From: Macrostomum lignano
Lineage: Eukaryota
Assembly: GCA_002269645.1 (NCBI GenBank)
Contig: NIVC01000632.1
Location: 248,001 to 312,000 of the forward strand
DNA length: 64,000 nt
Reading direction: 5' to 3'
A program made the position numbers and the translations under genes. Below, piece after piece: positions 34,601 through 63,850 of this stretch. Numbering within the stretch: position 1 is the first letter of the stretch; each line of letters opens with the position of its first letter. Under the pieces are notes generated by a model. The model made no database searches. It was not told the DNA's origin and was given only the letters and a program-made list of their open reading frames with translations.

Positions 34601-37458
34601 CCAGAGTGTCAGTTGCTGGGTCAGCCTCCCAAATCCCCAGTTGCTGGGCCAGCCTCCCAGTCCCAGATCCTCAGTTGCCGGGCCAGCCTCCCAGATCCTC
34701 AGTTGCTGGGCCAGCCTCCCAGATCCTCAGTTGCTGGGCCAGCCTCCCAGATCCTCAGTTGCTGGGCCAGCCTCCCAGATCCTCAGTTGCTGGGCCAGCC
34801 TCCCAGATCCTCAGTTGCCGGGCCAGCCTCCCAGATCCTCAGTTGCCGGGCCAGCCTCCCAGATCCTCAGTTGCTGGGCCAGCCTCCCAGATCCTCAGTT
34901 GCTGGGCCAGCCTCCCAGATCCTCAGTTGCCGGGCCAGCCTCCCAGATCCTCAGTTGCCGGGCCAGCCTCCCAGATCCTCAGTTGCTGAGCCAGCCTCCC
35001 AGATCCTCAGTTGTTAGGCCAGCCTCCCAGATCCTCAGTTGCTGGGCCAGCCTCCCAGATCCCCAGTTACTGGCCAGCCTCCCACATCCAAACTCATTGG
35101 TCCATTTTTATTAATTTCCGCGTTCTGTTTTAACTTTCAGGTCATTCAAAGCCGGTTAGACGCCGTTCTTGCCGAGATAAAAAAGCAGAAAGCTCTGTCC
35201 ACCAAGGTTAAGGTGGCGGCCAGCACTGCGGAACGAAAGGTGCAAAAATCGATGGAAAATATTAATTTTTACTGCAGATAAGATGCGTACCTGTTTGAAG
35301 TGAAATTCATTAAATAAAACACTCGAACTCATTCTAGGTGCGCGAATCCGAAGAACGCCTGGCTCGCCTTGAAACGGAAAAGGAGGAGTGCAAAACCCGC
35401 CTAGCAACCATTGGCGACCGCATGAACCAGCTGGAGGGCGAGTGCCGCGACCTGATGAACCGGCACAAGGCGGCCCAGGAGGAAGTGAAGAAATGGCAGG
35501 AGAAAGTGGACAGCATGAAAGCGGAGCTGGAAGAGCTGGAGAAGGAGGAGCAGTCGCTGCGCAAGCTCGAGGTCGATCTGCGCCACAAACTGCAGTCGGT
35601 GGTTGGCGTCATCGAGGAGCACGAGAGGAAACGGCGCGGCTGGGAGCGCGAGCTGCAACAGCTGCAGCTGCACCGGATTCAGGATGACGAAGAGGAAGCT
35701 GAGGAAGCTGAGCGAGAGCGCGTCAGACGGGAGGAGGCCGAGGCCGCTGCTGCCGCGGCCGCAGCTTCCAGTCAGGAGGAAGAGGAAAGCGACGAAGATG
35801 AGGAGGATGACGAGTCAGCTGATGAAGACGGGGATGAGTCTGAGGCTGAGGAGGAGAATGCGGAACCCGCCGCAATGGAGGTGGACGGCAGTGATGCCGA
35901 TGAAGATCAAAGCAACAAAGATGAGGCAGCAGAGCCGGCTGATGATGAAGAACAAGTGGAGCAACAGATGCAGCTGGTGCCTGTTGCAGCTTCCGGCTCT
36001 GCTCATGAAGAAGACGATAAAGAGGAAGCAGACAATGATGCAGCCATGGAAGAAGAAGAAGAAAATCCCGAAGCGGAACCGGAAGTGCCCGCCGACGGTG
36101 GCGACGAGGCTGAGGATGAGGACGCGGCGGACGCGGTGAAGTCGGAGCCGGTGGAGTCTGGGGACGAGCCGCCGAAGTCCAAGCGAAGACGCACAGACGA
36201 GGGCGTTCAAAGCTCGAAGCCGGGACAGCAGCAGAAGGAGAAGCGCAGAGGAAAGAAACTGTCGAAGAAGCAGAAGCGCAGAGCTGAGAAGCAGAAGAGG
36301 CAGAAGCAGTCGGCAGAGGCGGCAGCGGCTGAGCGGCAGCAGCGGCCCCGCTTCTCAGTGGAGGACATGTGGAAGCTGCCCACCCTGCCCGATGCCGAGC
36401 TTGACGAGCTGCGCAACAGCGGCCTGCGCACGCAGATTCAGCAGCTCGAGGACGAGGTCGGCCGAATGCAGCCGGACATGAGCGCCCTGGACGAGTACAG
36501 GCAGAAGGAGGCCGCCTACCTGGCCAAGGTGGGCGAGCTGAATCGGGTCACCACCGTGCGCGACGAGCAGCGCCGCCTGCACGAGGAGTGGCGGCACGCC
36601 CGCCTGACCGAGTTCATGAGCGGCTTCCGGATCATCACCGGCAAGCTCAAGGAGATGTACCAGGTGCTGCGGCATTGCTCTCTGCTTCTTCTGTCTTTCC
36701 CTGTTAATCAGTGGTGGGAGTGAGGCCCGAATTCGAAAGGGAAATGACCAGAATGCCCGACTTTTGAGGGGTAGCCCGAATTTCTGTGTATCTGATTGCC
36801 CGGATTTTTCTTTGCCAATTCTTATTCTTTATTGACTAAGATGCTTTCACAGATGCCTTTGTTTATAATTATTGTATTTAGCCCTTGGAAGTGACACTGT
36901 AGGCATTGCTTTAAAAAAGGCTACTCCTCACTCCCACCACTGTCCTTAATTGCTCATAATTTAATCCCCCCCGTCTGCCAGATGATCACCATCGGCGGAG
37001 ACGCGGAGCTGGAGCTGGTGGACTCGCTGGACCCGTTCACCGAAGGCGTGGTGTTCTCCGTGCGGCCGCCGAAAAAGAGCTGGAAATCCATCGGCAACCT
37101 GAGCGGCGGTGAGAAGACGCTGAGCTCCCTGGCGCTGGTGTTCGCGCTGCATCACTACAAGCCAACTCCGCTGTACTTCATGGACGAGATCGACGCCGCT
37201 TTGGACTTTAAAAACGTGTCAATCGTGGCCAACTACATCAAACGTTGCGCCCGCAATGCGCAGTTCATTGTGATCAGCCTGCGCAACAACATGTTCGAGC
37301 TGTCCGATAGGCTGGTGGGCATCTACAAGACTGACAACTGCACAAAGAGTGTCACCATCGACCCTGAGCAGGTGGCCAGGGCTGCTCACTGGCTCAACTC
37401 CGGTTGCTATGCCAGGCGCGTGACGGCTCCTAATCCGCTGGGAGCCAATCAGGCTTGA
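26603..37458 (+). CDS. SMC4: Condensin subunit SMC4; exons 26603-26749, 28127-28582, 28996-29169, 30791-31308, 32797-33297, 33534-33920, 34006-34471, 35141-35239, 35338-36663, 36982-37458 (1516 aa)
   Basis: Walker A GPNGSGKSN, LILQ|GEVEQI, hinge GRLGDLGAIDER|YDVA, signature LSGGEKTL, Walker B MDEIDAALD. All junctions GT-AG with consistent phase; 4551 nt. Confidence 0.96.
26900..28075 (+). repeat. 41-43-bp minisatellite (agctctcccactccaagaatcccaatccccaaaatcccagt), SMC4 intron 1
   Basis: Direct reading. Confidence 0.95.
28605..28792 (+). repeat. (GACA/GGCA)n microsatellite, SMC4 intron 2
   Basis: Direct reading. Confidence 0.95.
29190..30765 (+). repeat. 29-bp minisatellite (tactcacaacctactccctgttaattagc/g), SMC4 intron 3
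   Basis: Direct reading. Confidence 0.97.
31320..32320 (+). repeat. 23-bp minisatellite (gagaatcatccctaaaccagcat), SMC4 intron 4
   Basis: Direct reading; interrupted at ~31505-31600. Confidence 0.95.
32364..32671 (+). mobile_element. tRNA-derived SINE with CORE-like central domain, SMC4 intron 4
   Basis: A-box tagcctagtgg, B-box ggttcgattc (32416-32425), central gtgtccttgagcaagacacttaac..ctgtaaaatggg (32448-32508), (att)n-like tail. Confidence 0.75.
33321..33490 (+). repeat. 29-bp minisatellite (agccacaaccctcccagatccccatgctg), SMC4 intron 5
   Basis: About 6 units. Confidence 0.93.
34488..35082 (+). repeat. 28-bp minisatellite (cccagatcctcagttgctgggccagcct), SMC4 intron 7
   Basis: About 21 units; same unit as 48327-48540. 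Confidence 0.96.
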
Positions 37459-38371
37459 ATTCTGTGGCGGTAATTTCAGCACCTTGAAATCGTGCTTATG
37501 CACTTAGTAAATACTTATTTTTATAAACATAATTTTGCGTTTTAATTCCATCTCTTATCTCTCTAATGTCAGATTGCACTATTATTTTTTACTATTCTGT
37601 TTATTATCATTAGTTTTCAATTAGTTATTAGTCCAGCCAAATTGTTTATATCATTTAGTAAGCGAATTAATGAAACGCATTTTTTATCTGAAGTAATTAT
37701 TTAACTGGCATTTTAACCCGTCTCTGTTGGGCATTTGGTGCACAGTTTTACTGTTAATACTACTAATACTACTACTATAATATTATTATGGTTATTACAA
37801 TTATTAAATGTGTTGGCTTTTCTGGTAATCATCGCATCAGCATCCATCAGCTCCTGCTGTTGTATAGTGGCTGGTACTCATAGTAGTAATGAATGCAAGT
37901 ATAGTACCAGTTTAAGTAATCTTGCACCGTCTTTTTATTTCAAGTATACAGACACTAAACCAGCCATCATTATGCAGCCTCAAAACTGCGTGGCGCGTTT
38001 TTTGTATTCACCTAAAATATTAAAGCAACAGTTCTTGTTATTATTTCTTTTAATGACAAAATTGAGTAAAGAAAATCTACGAATACGAACTACAATACGC
38101 CTCGTGTAAATACAATCATACTGGGCTTCATTGGGATCTTCTCATTACTAAACTTGTGCAGTACCACAAAAAGCTGATGTTGCTGCTATATTTTCTCAGT
38201 TAGCAATTTTGTTCGCAGTTTCTTAAATTTATCGAATATTCATTTAAGAAAATGAATCGGGTTCGGAAACCCCGGCCGAGTATTAGCAAAGACTATAACT
38301 TAGGTATCCGAGTATCTAATATTAATTAGATTTTAACGTTGCACCAGTCACCATGGCTGAAGTCGTAACTC

Positions 38372-39600
38372 GTAATGCTCGCCCAGAAGACGCCGGGCGG
38401 CAAGGCGCTGGGTCCGGACGAGGTGCCCATCGAGGCGCTGCGCATCCACTGTGTGGCCAGTGAGGTCGCCCGTGTGATGAACCGCGTCCTCTCCGGTGAG
38501 GTGGCACCCACCGAGTGGACCATGGCGCACATCATCGCCATTCCAAAGAAGCCGGGCACTACACGGCTAGAAGAGCACCGAGGCATCTGCATGCAATCCT
38601 GTGCTGCAAAGTTGTTCAACCGGATGCTGCTATCGCGGTTGCAACCCGTGCTAGATCCCTACCTGCGACCTGAGCAGAACGGGTTTCGGCCCCACCGTGG
38701 CACAGTGCCGCAGATCCTGGCTCTTCGCCGAATCATCGAGGAGGCGCGCACGCGCCAATTGGACCTGATTGTTGTCTTCATTGACTTCATGAAGGCATTC
38801 GACTCGGTTGCGAGGGCTGCGTTCCCACATGTGCTCCGCGCGTACCATGTGCCAGAACAGCTGATCTCCGCCATAATGGCATTGTACGGTGCTACGAGAA
38901 CAGCTGTGATGACGCCGGATGGCCTGTCGGACTCCTTCGAGACATCCCGGTCCGGGGTGCTCCAGGGGGACACTATAGCGCCGTTCCTGTTCGTCCTGGT
39001 GCTTGACTGGGTGCTACGAACTGCTCTTCCTACCGACGAAGACGGCTTCCTACTGCGGCGACGCGTGGGTCGACGTCAACCGGAGAATTGCGGCTCAGCG
39101 TGTTTGGCTACGCCGATGACCTCGCCCTGCCGTCCTCGACCGTAGAGGGCGCCCATGCAGCGCCAGCTGGACAAGCTGGATAGCGCTGCAGCGAGCATCG
39201 GCCTGGTGGTGAACACGAAGAAAACCGTTGTGCTCTGCGGGCCGGGCGACATCGAGGCCGCAATTTTCTGCCGAGGCGCTGGCGGGCAGGTAACGGAGCT
39301 TCCGCGCTGTCAGTAGTTCGTCTACCTCGGCGGTCTGGTACCTGACGTCCGCGAAGATCTGCGGCGTCGCCGCGGGCTCGCTTGGGCTGCCTTTCGCTCT
39401 GTGAGGGTGGCCAACCTGACCGCCAGAGGGCGGCGCTGTTCCAGGCGGTGGTCGAGACTGTCCTGTTGTACAACGCCGAGACCTGGACGCTGACGGATTC
39501 GCTCGAACAGCAAGTCAACGCGGCGCACGCTGGCCTGCTGCGCGCCGCCTTTAAGATCAGCGACGAGCGGATCACTAACGCGGCACTTTGTTCGCGCCCA
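38372..39600 (+). mobile_element. 5'-truncated non-LTR retrotransposon fragment (RTE-like reverse transcriptase), disrupted
   Basis: RT motifs GKALGPD, IIAIPKK, EQNGFRP, FIDFMKAFDSV, GVLQGDTIAPFLF; GYADDLAL in a shifted frame after ~39085; further frameshifts and a stop near 39314; later LLYNAETWTL. No endonuclease domain. Confidence 0.88.
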
Positions 39601-39871
39601 GGCTCTGAAGCGTGCCCTGTGATGCTGCTTTTTTCCACCTGACAGCGTACTTTGTTGTTGTTGTTGTTATTGTTGTAATATTAATGATTTTATAGTTTTC
39701 ATGCCAGTGACACTTAATTTTATTTATCTTCATAATTAATTTCATTCAAGTAGAATAGAAGGCTTTTGAGTAAGGCTATTTATTAGTTATACAATTATAA
39801 AAGCCATATTTAAATGTGTAGCCTAGATAATTTTGTCTGTGTCACGTTATTGGCGTAGCGGCCAGCTATGC

Positions 39872-40629
39872 GGTGACCCTTAAAAGGGCCGTTTTAGTCC
39901 CAAAATAAGTTGAAGTCAATTCTTGTAAAGCGGATTTTGTAGCGGAGCACTTGGCGATAAAGGCAGGAACTGCCGTAGTTGTCTTTATTGTTAATATCAG
40001 TATTAAGTTTGGTTGTTACTGGCAATAAACAGACTTTAGCTTTCTGGGCACTGGCGGCTGCAACAATGGGTTGAATATAATTTGGATATGAAGTCAAGTG
40101 GCAGGCGAATGACACAATGGCGACGTGACGTGAGCAGTGGCTATGAGCACAGTGAAGGCAGTGAAACGTAGTGGCGAGTTTGGCGTCGGTCGTGGCGTGA
40201 AACAGTCAAGTAAGTGTGTGAGCAGGCTGGCCCAGACAGAAGGGCCGTGGTGAGAAATAAGGAGGCTCGAGGCAGCCAGACAAACAGATAAGACAGCTAA
40301 GAGGCCGCAGGGAAGGAAACAAGGAACAAGCGGGGAGTGCCGCCGCCAGGCGGGGGGGTTTAATAAAAGAGCGCAGAGGGGGGTAGCGCGAGCACGAGTG
40401 ATTTCATTGGCTGGCGAGAGAACTTAAAATTATCGATCGTGCCAATTTTATACGGTTGCGAGAGAGGATAGCAAAATATACAATGAATTATAAATTGCCA
40501 CAAAATCGTTGGGCACTACTACAAGTAAACGTCGCAATAAACGAATGGAAAAGTTTAGTTGAAACGGTGAAACTGAAGGGTTGAATGACTATGGAGAACA
40601 GCAGTCCAACGGCCCTTTTCGGGACCACC
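39872..40629. mobile_element. Possible non-autonomous DNA element with degenerate 22-bp TIRs
   Basis: Left ggtgacccttaaaagggccgtt vs right reverse complement ggtggtcccgaaaagggccgtt; right end followed by ttaa; no matching left TSD. Confidence 0.3.
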
Positions 40630-41973
40630 TTAAACTGACAACGTCACAGTCTGAATGTTTGAATTTGGGCCTGTTGTGACCATGACAAGTACTTTGGATA
40701 TAAAATTAACATAGAATTCTAATTTGCTAAACAAAAACTCTATGAAGTGTCACAAGAAAGGCAAAACATATAAAAAGATGAACGGCGTGGTCTGCCTCCT
40801 ATCAAAAGCAATAACAATTTTTGAGCCGCAAAATGAAAACCTCTTATCTCCGTAATGCTTTTTACGAATTGCGGATATTTTAATGCTTTCAAAAATTTTC
40901 CGCTAGAGCAAAAATGGTTTTTTTCATTCTGCACAGAAATTATGGCGACCGTGCCGCAGCTTATAAATGCCGATCGTAAAATTAAACAAAAATATCGTGA
41001 GAAAAATTTTCTAAAAATCACAATAAGAATAATTTTTCGACAAAGATCATTCTTTTCGACAGCTATAGAGAACAGAATGGACAATTTAAAAAGTTCGAAA
41101 TTTCATTTTTTGTATGAAAAATTTCAAATACAACATTTTATAAGAAATGTACAAAATTACCAGAATTTGGCATATCATAAATTCGACATTCTTAATAATA
41201 TAAACTTAATTTCTACTCATTTTTTTCTCTGGTTTTCCAAGAATTCCTTGTCTAAATATCTGATATAATGCCTAGTATACTACAATTAGCTGCTATATGT
41301 CTATCTATGTGATTAAATAGAATAAAATATGGCTATGGCTCAAATATTTGTAATTTTTCATGGGACAAGATTTACAAGATATTTAATTAAAGACTTTATT
41401 AAAATAAAATGACTTATTAAAGAAATAAAAATAATGAAGACATCATTTTGACCTGTAAAAAATCATTTATATTCTTAAAAGCAACATAATATTATTGTGG
41501 ATTTTTTAAATTGTTTTTCATTGTCTACAGTTGTATCTTGTCATGAAATTTTTGTTTTATTTTTCTTTCCTAAGGCTGCAAAATCGGAGGAAAGCCAGTA
41601 ATCTTCTCTTTGACCTTAGTACTTTTTATTGTCAATATTATAGAAATAAACTTGTATTATATTTTTAAGAATACTATAAGCTACTGCAATCAATACTCTT
41701 TCTATTTTTATAGTTTATGCTTCAAATGTCTCATTTATGAGCCTATCACATAGCCAAATAGCAGCTATGATCTGGTCTTTAACAATAAAATCACTTGAAA
41801 TTGCACAATGACTTGTGTTTTCTTTAACTAATATAAAGACCATATAAAAATGTCTATGACTGCAGATGAAGCAGGTATGAATGCTATATATATTGTATAA
41901 AGTATTGATCCAGTCTCTAGACTTTGGTCTGATTGTCTCAATTTTGTAATATGCAACTAAAACCATCTAAAAC

Positions 41974-51521
<9,548 letters not shown>

Positions 51522-52249
51522 CCAGTGTGTGACCTGGTTGGGACATCTTTTCGTGAGTTTAAGTTAGGAAGAATTTTGCCGAAAACAGTTTAAATGTTAC
51601 ACGAGCTTTCCACATGTAACGTGAAGCGAAGCGCTCCTTTAAGCTACAGAAAATGCGATTATTTATACTACATCTGTCTTTGAATGGGAACATGGGCTAG
51701 TTGATGAATTCGAACTGTTCTCTTCTTTGCAGCTGTCGAAGATTAATGTATAACCGAATTCGAAGAAGTCTTTAATCGTTTCGCTTGTACATTATGTATT
51801 TGCTTGATTTCGTTGTAAAGCAGTTTTCTAGTTATTGTGGATGCAAGCAGCCTAAATTGTTGAACTGTGGCTTCAGACTGATAGCTTTATTTTTATTAAC
51901 AGAATTAAATGCGTTTTTATTTAGGATCTATTTTGTTTTTGTCCCAAAAGCCCGTAATCACAATCGTGAGTCTCGATTGTTTGTTGTTGTAGATTGCAAA
52001 GCTTTAATCTTGAGATAAAATATTTTAATAAAAAATAAACACGTAACTTGCAATGCGTTTTCAATGCGAAATTTTTTACTACAGCTTTAGATATTGACTA
52101 GAAAGTTCATTTTTAAATATACACTAGCAATCTTCGCCCCCCAATGGGGACATCTGGATAGAATCCTTCTGCTTTACAAATAACAAATAGACAGCAAAAT
52201 AAAGCCTTCTTGAAAAACAACAGACATTCCCTCTAAAAACAAAACATCC

Positions 52250-52440
52250 CAAGACAGCAAGCATCCCCAGACAGCACTCAAGCATCAATCCCCAAATAGC
52301 AAGCATCCCCCAGACTGCAAGCATCCTCCAGATAGCAAGCGTCCCCCCGATAGCAAGCAACCCCAGATAGCAAGCAACCCCCAGACTGCAAGCATCCCCC
52401 TGATAGCAAGTATCCATCCTTAAATAGCAAGCATCCACCA
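52250..52440 (+). repeat. Degenerate ~20-bp repeat (gatagcaagcatcccccca-like)
   Basis: Direct reading. Confidence 0.7.
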
Positions 52441-52499
52441 AAGAACAAGTAGCTAGTGCAACAATTTCCTCAGCTTTATAGTGGCTTCATTTTGTTTGG

Positions 52500-52965
52500 C
52501 ATGACACTTTTTTAATGTTTGAAATGGTGGCTCTTAAATGTTTGACACGGTGGCTCTTCTATTTTTGACATGGTGGCTCTTAAATGTTTGACATGGTGGG
52601 CTCTTTAATGTTTGACATGGTGGCTCTTAAATGTTTGACATGGTGGGCTCTTTAATGTTTGACATGGTGGCTTTTTAATGTTTGACTCGGAGTCACGTAT
52701 ATGTTTGACATGGTGGCTCTTGAATGTTTGACATTGTGGCTCTTTAATGTTTGACATGGTGGCTCTTTACTGTTTGACATGGAGTCACGTGTATGTTTGA
52801 AATGGTGGCTCTTTAATGTTTGACATTGTGGCTCTTCTATGTTTGACATGGAGTCACGTGTATATGTTTGACATGGTGGCTATTTAATGTTTGACACGGA
52901 GTCACGTATATGTTTGACACGGTAGCTCTTTAATATTTGACATGGTGGCTCTTTTATGTTTGATA
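52500..52965 (+). repeat. Degenerate ~22-24-bp repeat (atgtttgacatggtggctctt..)
   Basis: Direct reading. Confidence 0.85.
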
Positions 52966-53158
52966 TGTTTAAAAAACTTAATGGGCAAGCGTTAAAACTG
53001 AATATAGTTTCGTTTGATGAACGTACTACGCATAATATTAAATTCGACCCGCAACAAATTTAAGAAGATTAAAACAAAAAATATTCGTTTTAACCGTTTA
53101 ATGAAACTCTTTAAATATGAATATACTAACGAAAGAGCATAGTTATTAGTTTTAATTT

Positions 53159-53480
53159 CTATTTTGACTTAATAAAATATTGCTAAACGTATTAATTTGC
53201 TTTTGTCTATCAGTTTAATATTGATTGACTTTGCGAAATTTCGATGAAAGAGCTTAACTTAAAAGTTAGTTGGTTAAATATTTTATGTATTGCGATTGCC
53301 AGGAGCTTTGTTGCTAGATCTATTTTGACTTAATAAAATATTGCTAAACGTATTAATTTGCTTTTGTCTATCAGTTTAATATTGATTGACTTTGCGAAAT
53401 TTCGATTAAAGAGCTTAACTTAAAAGTTAGTTGGTTAAATATTTTATGTATTGCGATTGCCAGGAGCTTTGTTGCTAGAT
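53159..53480 (+). repeat. 161-bp tandem duplication (53159-53319 / 53320-53480)
   Basis: Two near-identical copies; one difference seen (ttcgatgaaag vs ttcgattaaag). Confidence 0.9.
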
Positions 53481-53598
53481 TTACTCGTAGTGTACTGTTT
53501 GTGTTCAATCATATACTTGATACTAATTTTGCTTAGATTTTGTCTTGTAAATGTAGTAAAAATCTAGCATATGTTGCTTCTGTAGAAGCTGAAGAATC

Positions 53599-54171
53599 GG
53601 CAATCCTACACTTCCGTTCGGTAAATTATTTTGACACTGAATTTTGAACAGGCGTGTTAAATAACAATGTAACCAAACAAAACTGAAACAGTGGAACATG
53701 GTAGCAGTCTGTTAGAGTGCATAGTCACTTAGAGTGTGTCTGCAGGTCATTAAGGTGTCTATAATGGATAGTAATGTCCAATCCAGTACAGGATAGCCCC
53801 AAATGGACATTGGGGATATAGTCTGACTATAGACAATGCCAGAGGAATTCCTCAATGTGTGCATTGAAGAGAGCATCGCTCGTGCTATGCATGTTGCAGA
53901 TCTTGCACTTTGCGTGGGCCTATGTGCCCTCCACGGTGTTGGTGTGGACTGTTGGGTCTGCTGGATCTACGAAGTGCAGCCGATGGGAAATGAGAAATTG
54001 AAGCTCAAAAAACAAGCAGCTCACAAGCAACAGCTCCCTTAAACTGACACCCCCTTAAACTCTGTTCGCTCAAACTTTTGGCCATAGACACATTGCCAAT
54101 TGACGTCATTTGACTCGGTGGTACGAATTCAAATGTTAAAATAATTTACCGAACGGAAGTGTAGGATTGCC
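53599..54171 (-). mobile_element. Merlin (IS1595/IS1016-like) DNA transposon deletion derivative
   Basis: TIRs ggcaatcctacacttccgttcggtaaattatttt identical over 34 bp; 8-bp TSD gaagaatc (53591-98, 54172-79). Minus-strand relic HRLHFVDPADPTVHTNTVEGT*AHAKCKICNMHSTSDALFNAHIEEFLWH (~53835-53985) resembles the ISXO2/IS1595 transposase C-terminus. Confidence 0.85.
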
Positions 54172-54263
54172 GAAGAATCTGTAGCGTAGAGGCAAGCAAA
54201 TCAAAGTCTCGCTTGACGATAATATACGTCATACGCGGAACCACTTCAGTTGTTAATACTTTA

Positions 54264-61570
<7,307 letters not shown>

Positions 61571-62134
61571 TTTTTTTTATTATCCTTTGCAGAAAATCTT
61601 TGTGCATCCAACTGCTCTACTGGCAGTAGAAATATGCACATTTTTTTCTGTGCACTTCAAACTATTCTACTGGCAGTAGAAATATTCACATTTTTCTGTG
61701 CAGTTCAAACTACTCTACTGATAGTAGAAATATGCGGATTTTTTACTGCGCTTATAAGGACCTGACTAGCGGAGAAAATTCATATCAGATGGCCGCACAC
61801 GTCCGGATATCTGCTGATTCTATTCCAAATTATGAGTCTCCGTCCTACCATGTTTTTATTTATAGTATACGGTCTTTTATTTATCTTTAACTTTGAAGAT
61901 TTTGATGCAAGAGTGTGGTTCATGGAGACTGCAAATGCATCCTGACCTGTTTAATGCCAATTTGTATTTTAGGGATTTGTACACTTGTTTTATTGTTTAA
62001 ACTGTTAAATTTTAATTACACAAACCTATGACTTGGGACCAGACCGTTACCTTACTTCTGCTTGTTTTTTATTGTAAGCCTTAGCGGCCAATCACGGTTC
62101 CTGCCAACCTGCACCCTCACCCACCCATCGCCTA

Positions 62135-62505
62135 CCCCACACTCCACCCCACACTCCACCCCACACTCCACCCCACACTCCAACCCACACTCCACCCCAC
62201 ACTCCACCCAATACTCCAACCCACATGTGGACCAAATACTCCACCCCACACTCCACCCAATAGTCTACCCCACACTCCACCCCGTATGCTCCACCCCATA
62301 CTCCACCCAATACTCTAACCCACACTCCACCCCACATTCCATCCAATACTCCACCCCACACTCCACCCCACACTCCACCCAATACTCCAACCCACACTCC
62401 ACCCCACACTCCACCCCACACTCTACCCCACATTATACCCCACACTATACCCCACACTCCACCCCACACTCTACCTCACACTCCACCCCACACTCTACCC
62501 CACAC
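62135..62505 (+). repeat. 12-bp C-rich repeat (cacactccaccc)
   Basis: Direct reading. Confidence 0.92.
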
Positions 62506-62979
62506 GTCACCCGAGGCTCCGTTGCAGCAATCAGCTCATTCACTGACGTATTTTCAACGGTTCTGTCTGTAGGTTTTCAAGCGCAATCATTGTTTTGTGT
62601 TAACTAAAATGCTAACTAACTTGCGTTCCATGTGTTATCAACATGTTGCTCAAATATGCGTTTAATTGGTTTAAAATGCTATAATAAATCGATTGTATAA
62701 TCTCCAATCAGAGTTTGTGTGCTTCTCTTGCTGCATGTGCAGTTAATCTTGAAATTTTGAGCTAACAGATTTTCAGGTATTCGATATTCATTTATTGTAA
62801 GCGAGATGTAACAAATACCTGCTTTAAATATGTACATAGATTGTATATCTGTGATCATTCAACTCCATGCACTGCTATGCAATCAACTCTGCTTGAGAAT
62901 ATATTGGATTACCGTGTTAAATATAATTATTCTGCTGCAATTAAGAAATTCATCTTTGTTGCTTTCTTATATTTTGCTT

Positions 62980-63530
62980 ACCTATGAGCAACCTTAATGA
63001 CCGTTTACATATGACCAATCTTAGTGACCGTTTAACTATGACCAATCTTAATGACCGTTTACCCATGACCAATCTCAATGACCGTTTTCCTATGATTATT
63101 AGTAGTGACCATTTACCTATGACCGATCTTAATGAATGTTTACCTATGACCAATCTTAATGACAGTTTACCTATGACCAATCTTAATGAATGTTTACCTA
63201 TGACCAATCTTAATGACAGTTTACCTATGACCAATCTTAATGACCGTTTACATATGACCAATCTTAATGACAGTTTACCTATGACCAATCTTAATGACCG
63301 TTTACATATGACCAATCTTAGTGACCGTTTAACTATGACCTATCACCCATGACCAATCTTAATGACCGTTTTCCTATGATTATTAGTAGTGACCATTTAC
63401 CTATGACCAATCTTAATGACCGTTTACCTATGACCAATCTTAATTACCGTTTACCTATGACCAATCTTAATTACCGTTTACCTATGACCACTCTTAATAA
63501 CCGTTTACCTATGACCAATCTTGATGATTG
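62980..63530 (+). repeat. 27-bp minisatellite (atgaccaatcttaatgaccgtttacct)
   Basis: Direct reading. Confidence 0.95.
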
Positions 63531-63719
63531 TAATATTTCTGTACTTATCATATGGCTTCAATGGCTATATTACCCACTCAAGTCAATGCCAAGAGCCGCA
63601 TAAAACCCCAAAGCAACCTTCGAAATTGCAGCCACCAGTTGCACCAGCCAATTCGCAGAAAAAACTAAACGAGCTATTATCAATATTTTGAGCTGCGCTA
63701 ATCTTCAAATTCGAACAGA

Positions 63720-63850
63720 ATGGCCGAAGCTCGAGTGGCCGTCTCGGAGCCGAAGCTGGCGGCTGGCCAGATGCAGGAGGGCCGGGACACCCTGCAGGAC
63801 GCTGTCAGAGCCTGGCGGAAGTCCCTGGTTCGAAGATTCTTCGCTACCAG
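63720..63850 (+). CDS. Probable first coding exon of an unidentified gene continuing beyond the window
   Basis: ATG 63720, GC-rich coding-like MAEARVAVSEPKLAAGQMQEGRDTLQDAVRAWRKSLVRRFFAT, donor cag|gtggga at 63851, then a purine-rich tandem repeat as in other introns here. No family recognised. Confidence 0.4.

Noticed and set aside
35240-35281. Read-through KVQKSMENINFYCR after SMC4 exon 8 as coding sequence
   Set aside because: Ends in a stop; using donor 35240 and acceptor 35337 gives residue-for-residue colinearity with human SMC4.
62040-62600. Possible small minus-strand exons flanking the 12-bp repeat
   Set aside because: Splice-like sites exist but phases did not join into a coherent ORF and no homology was recognised.
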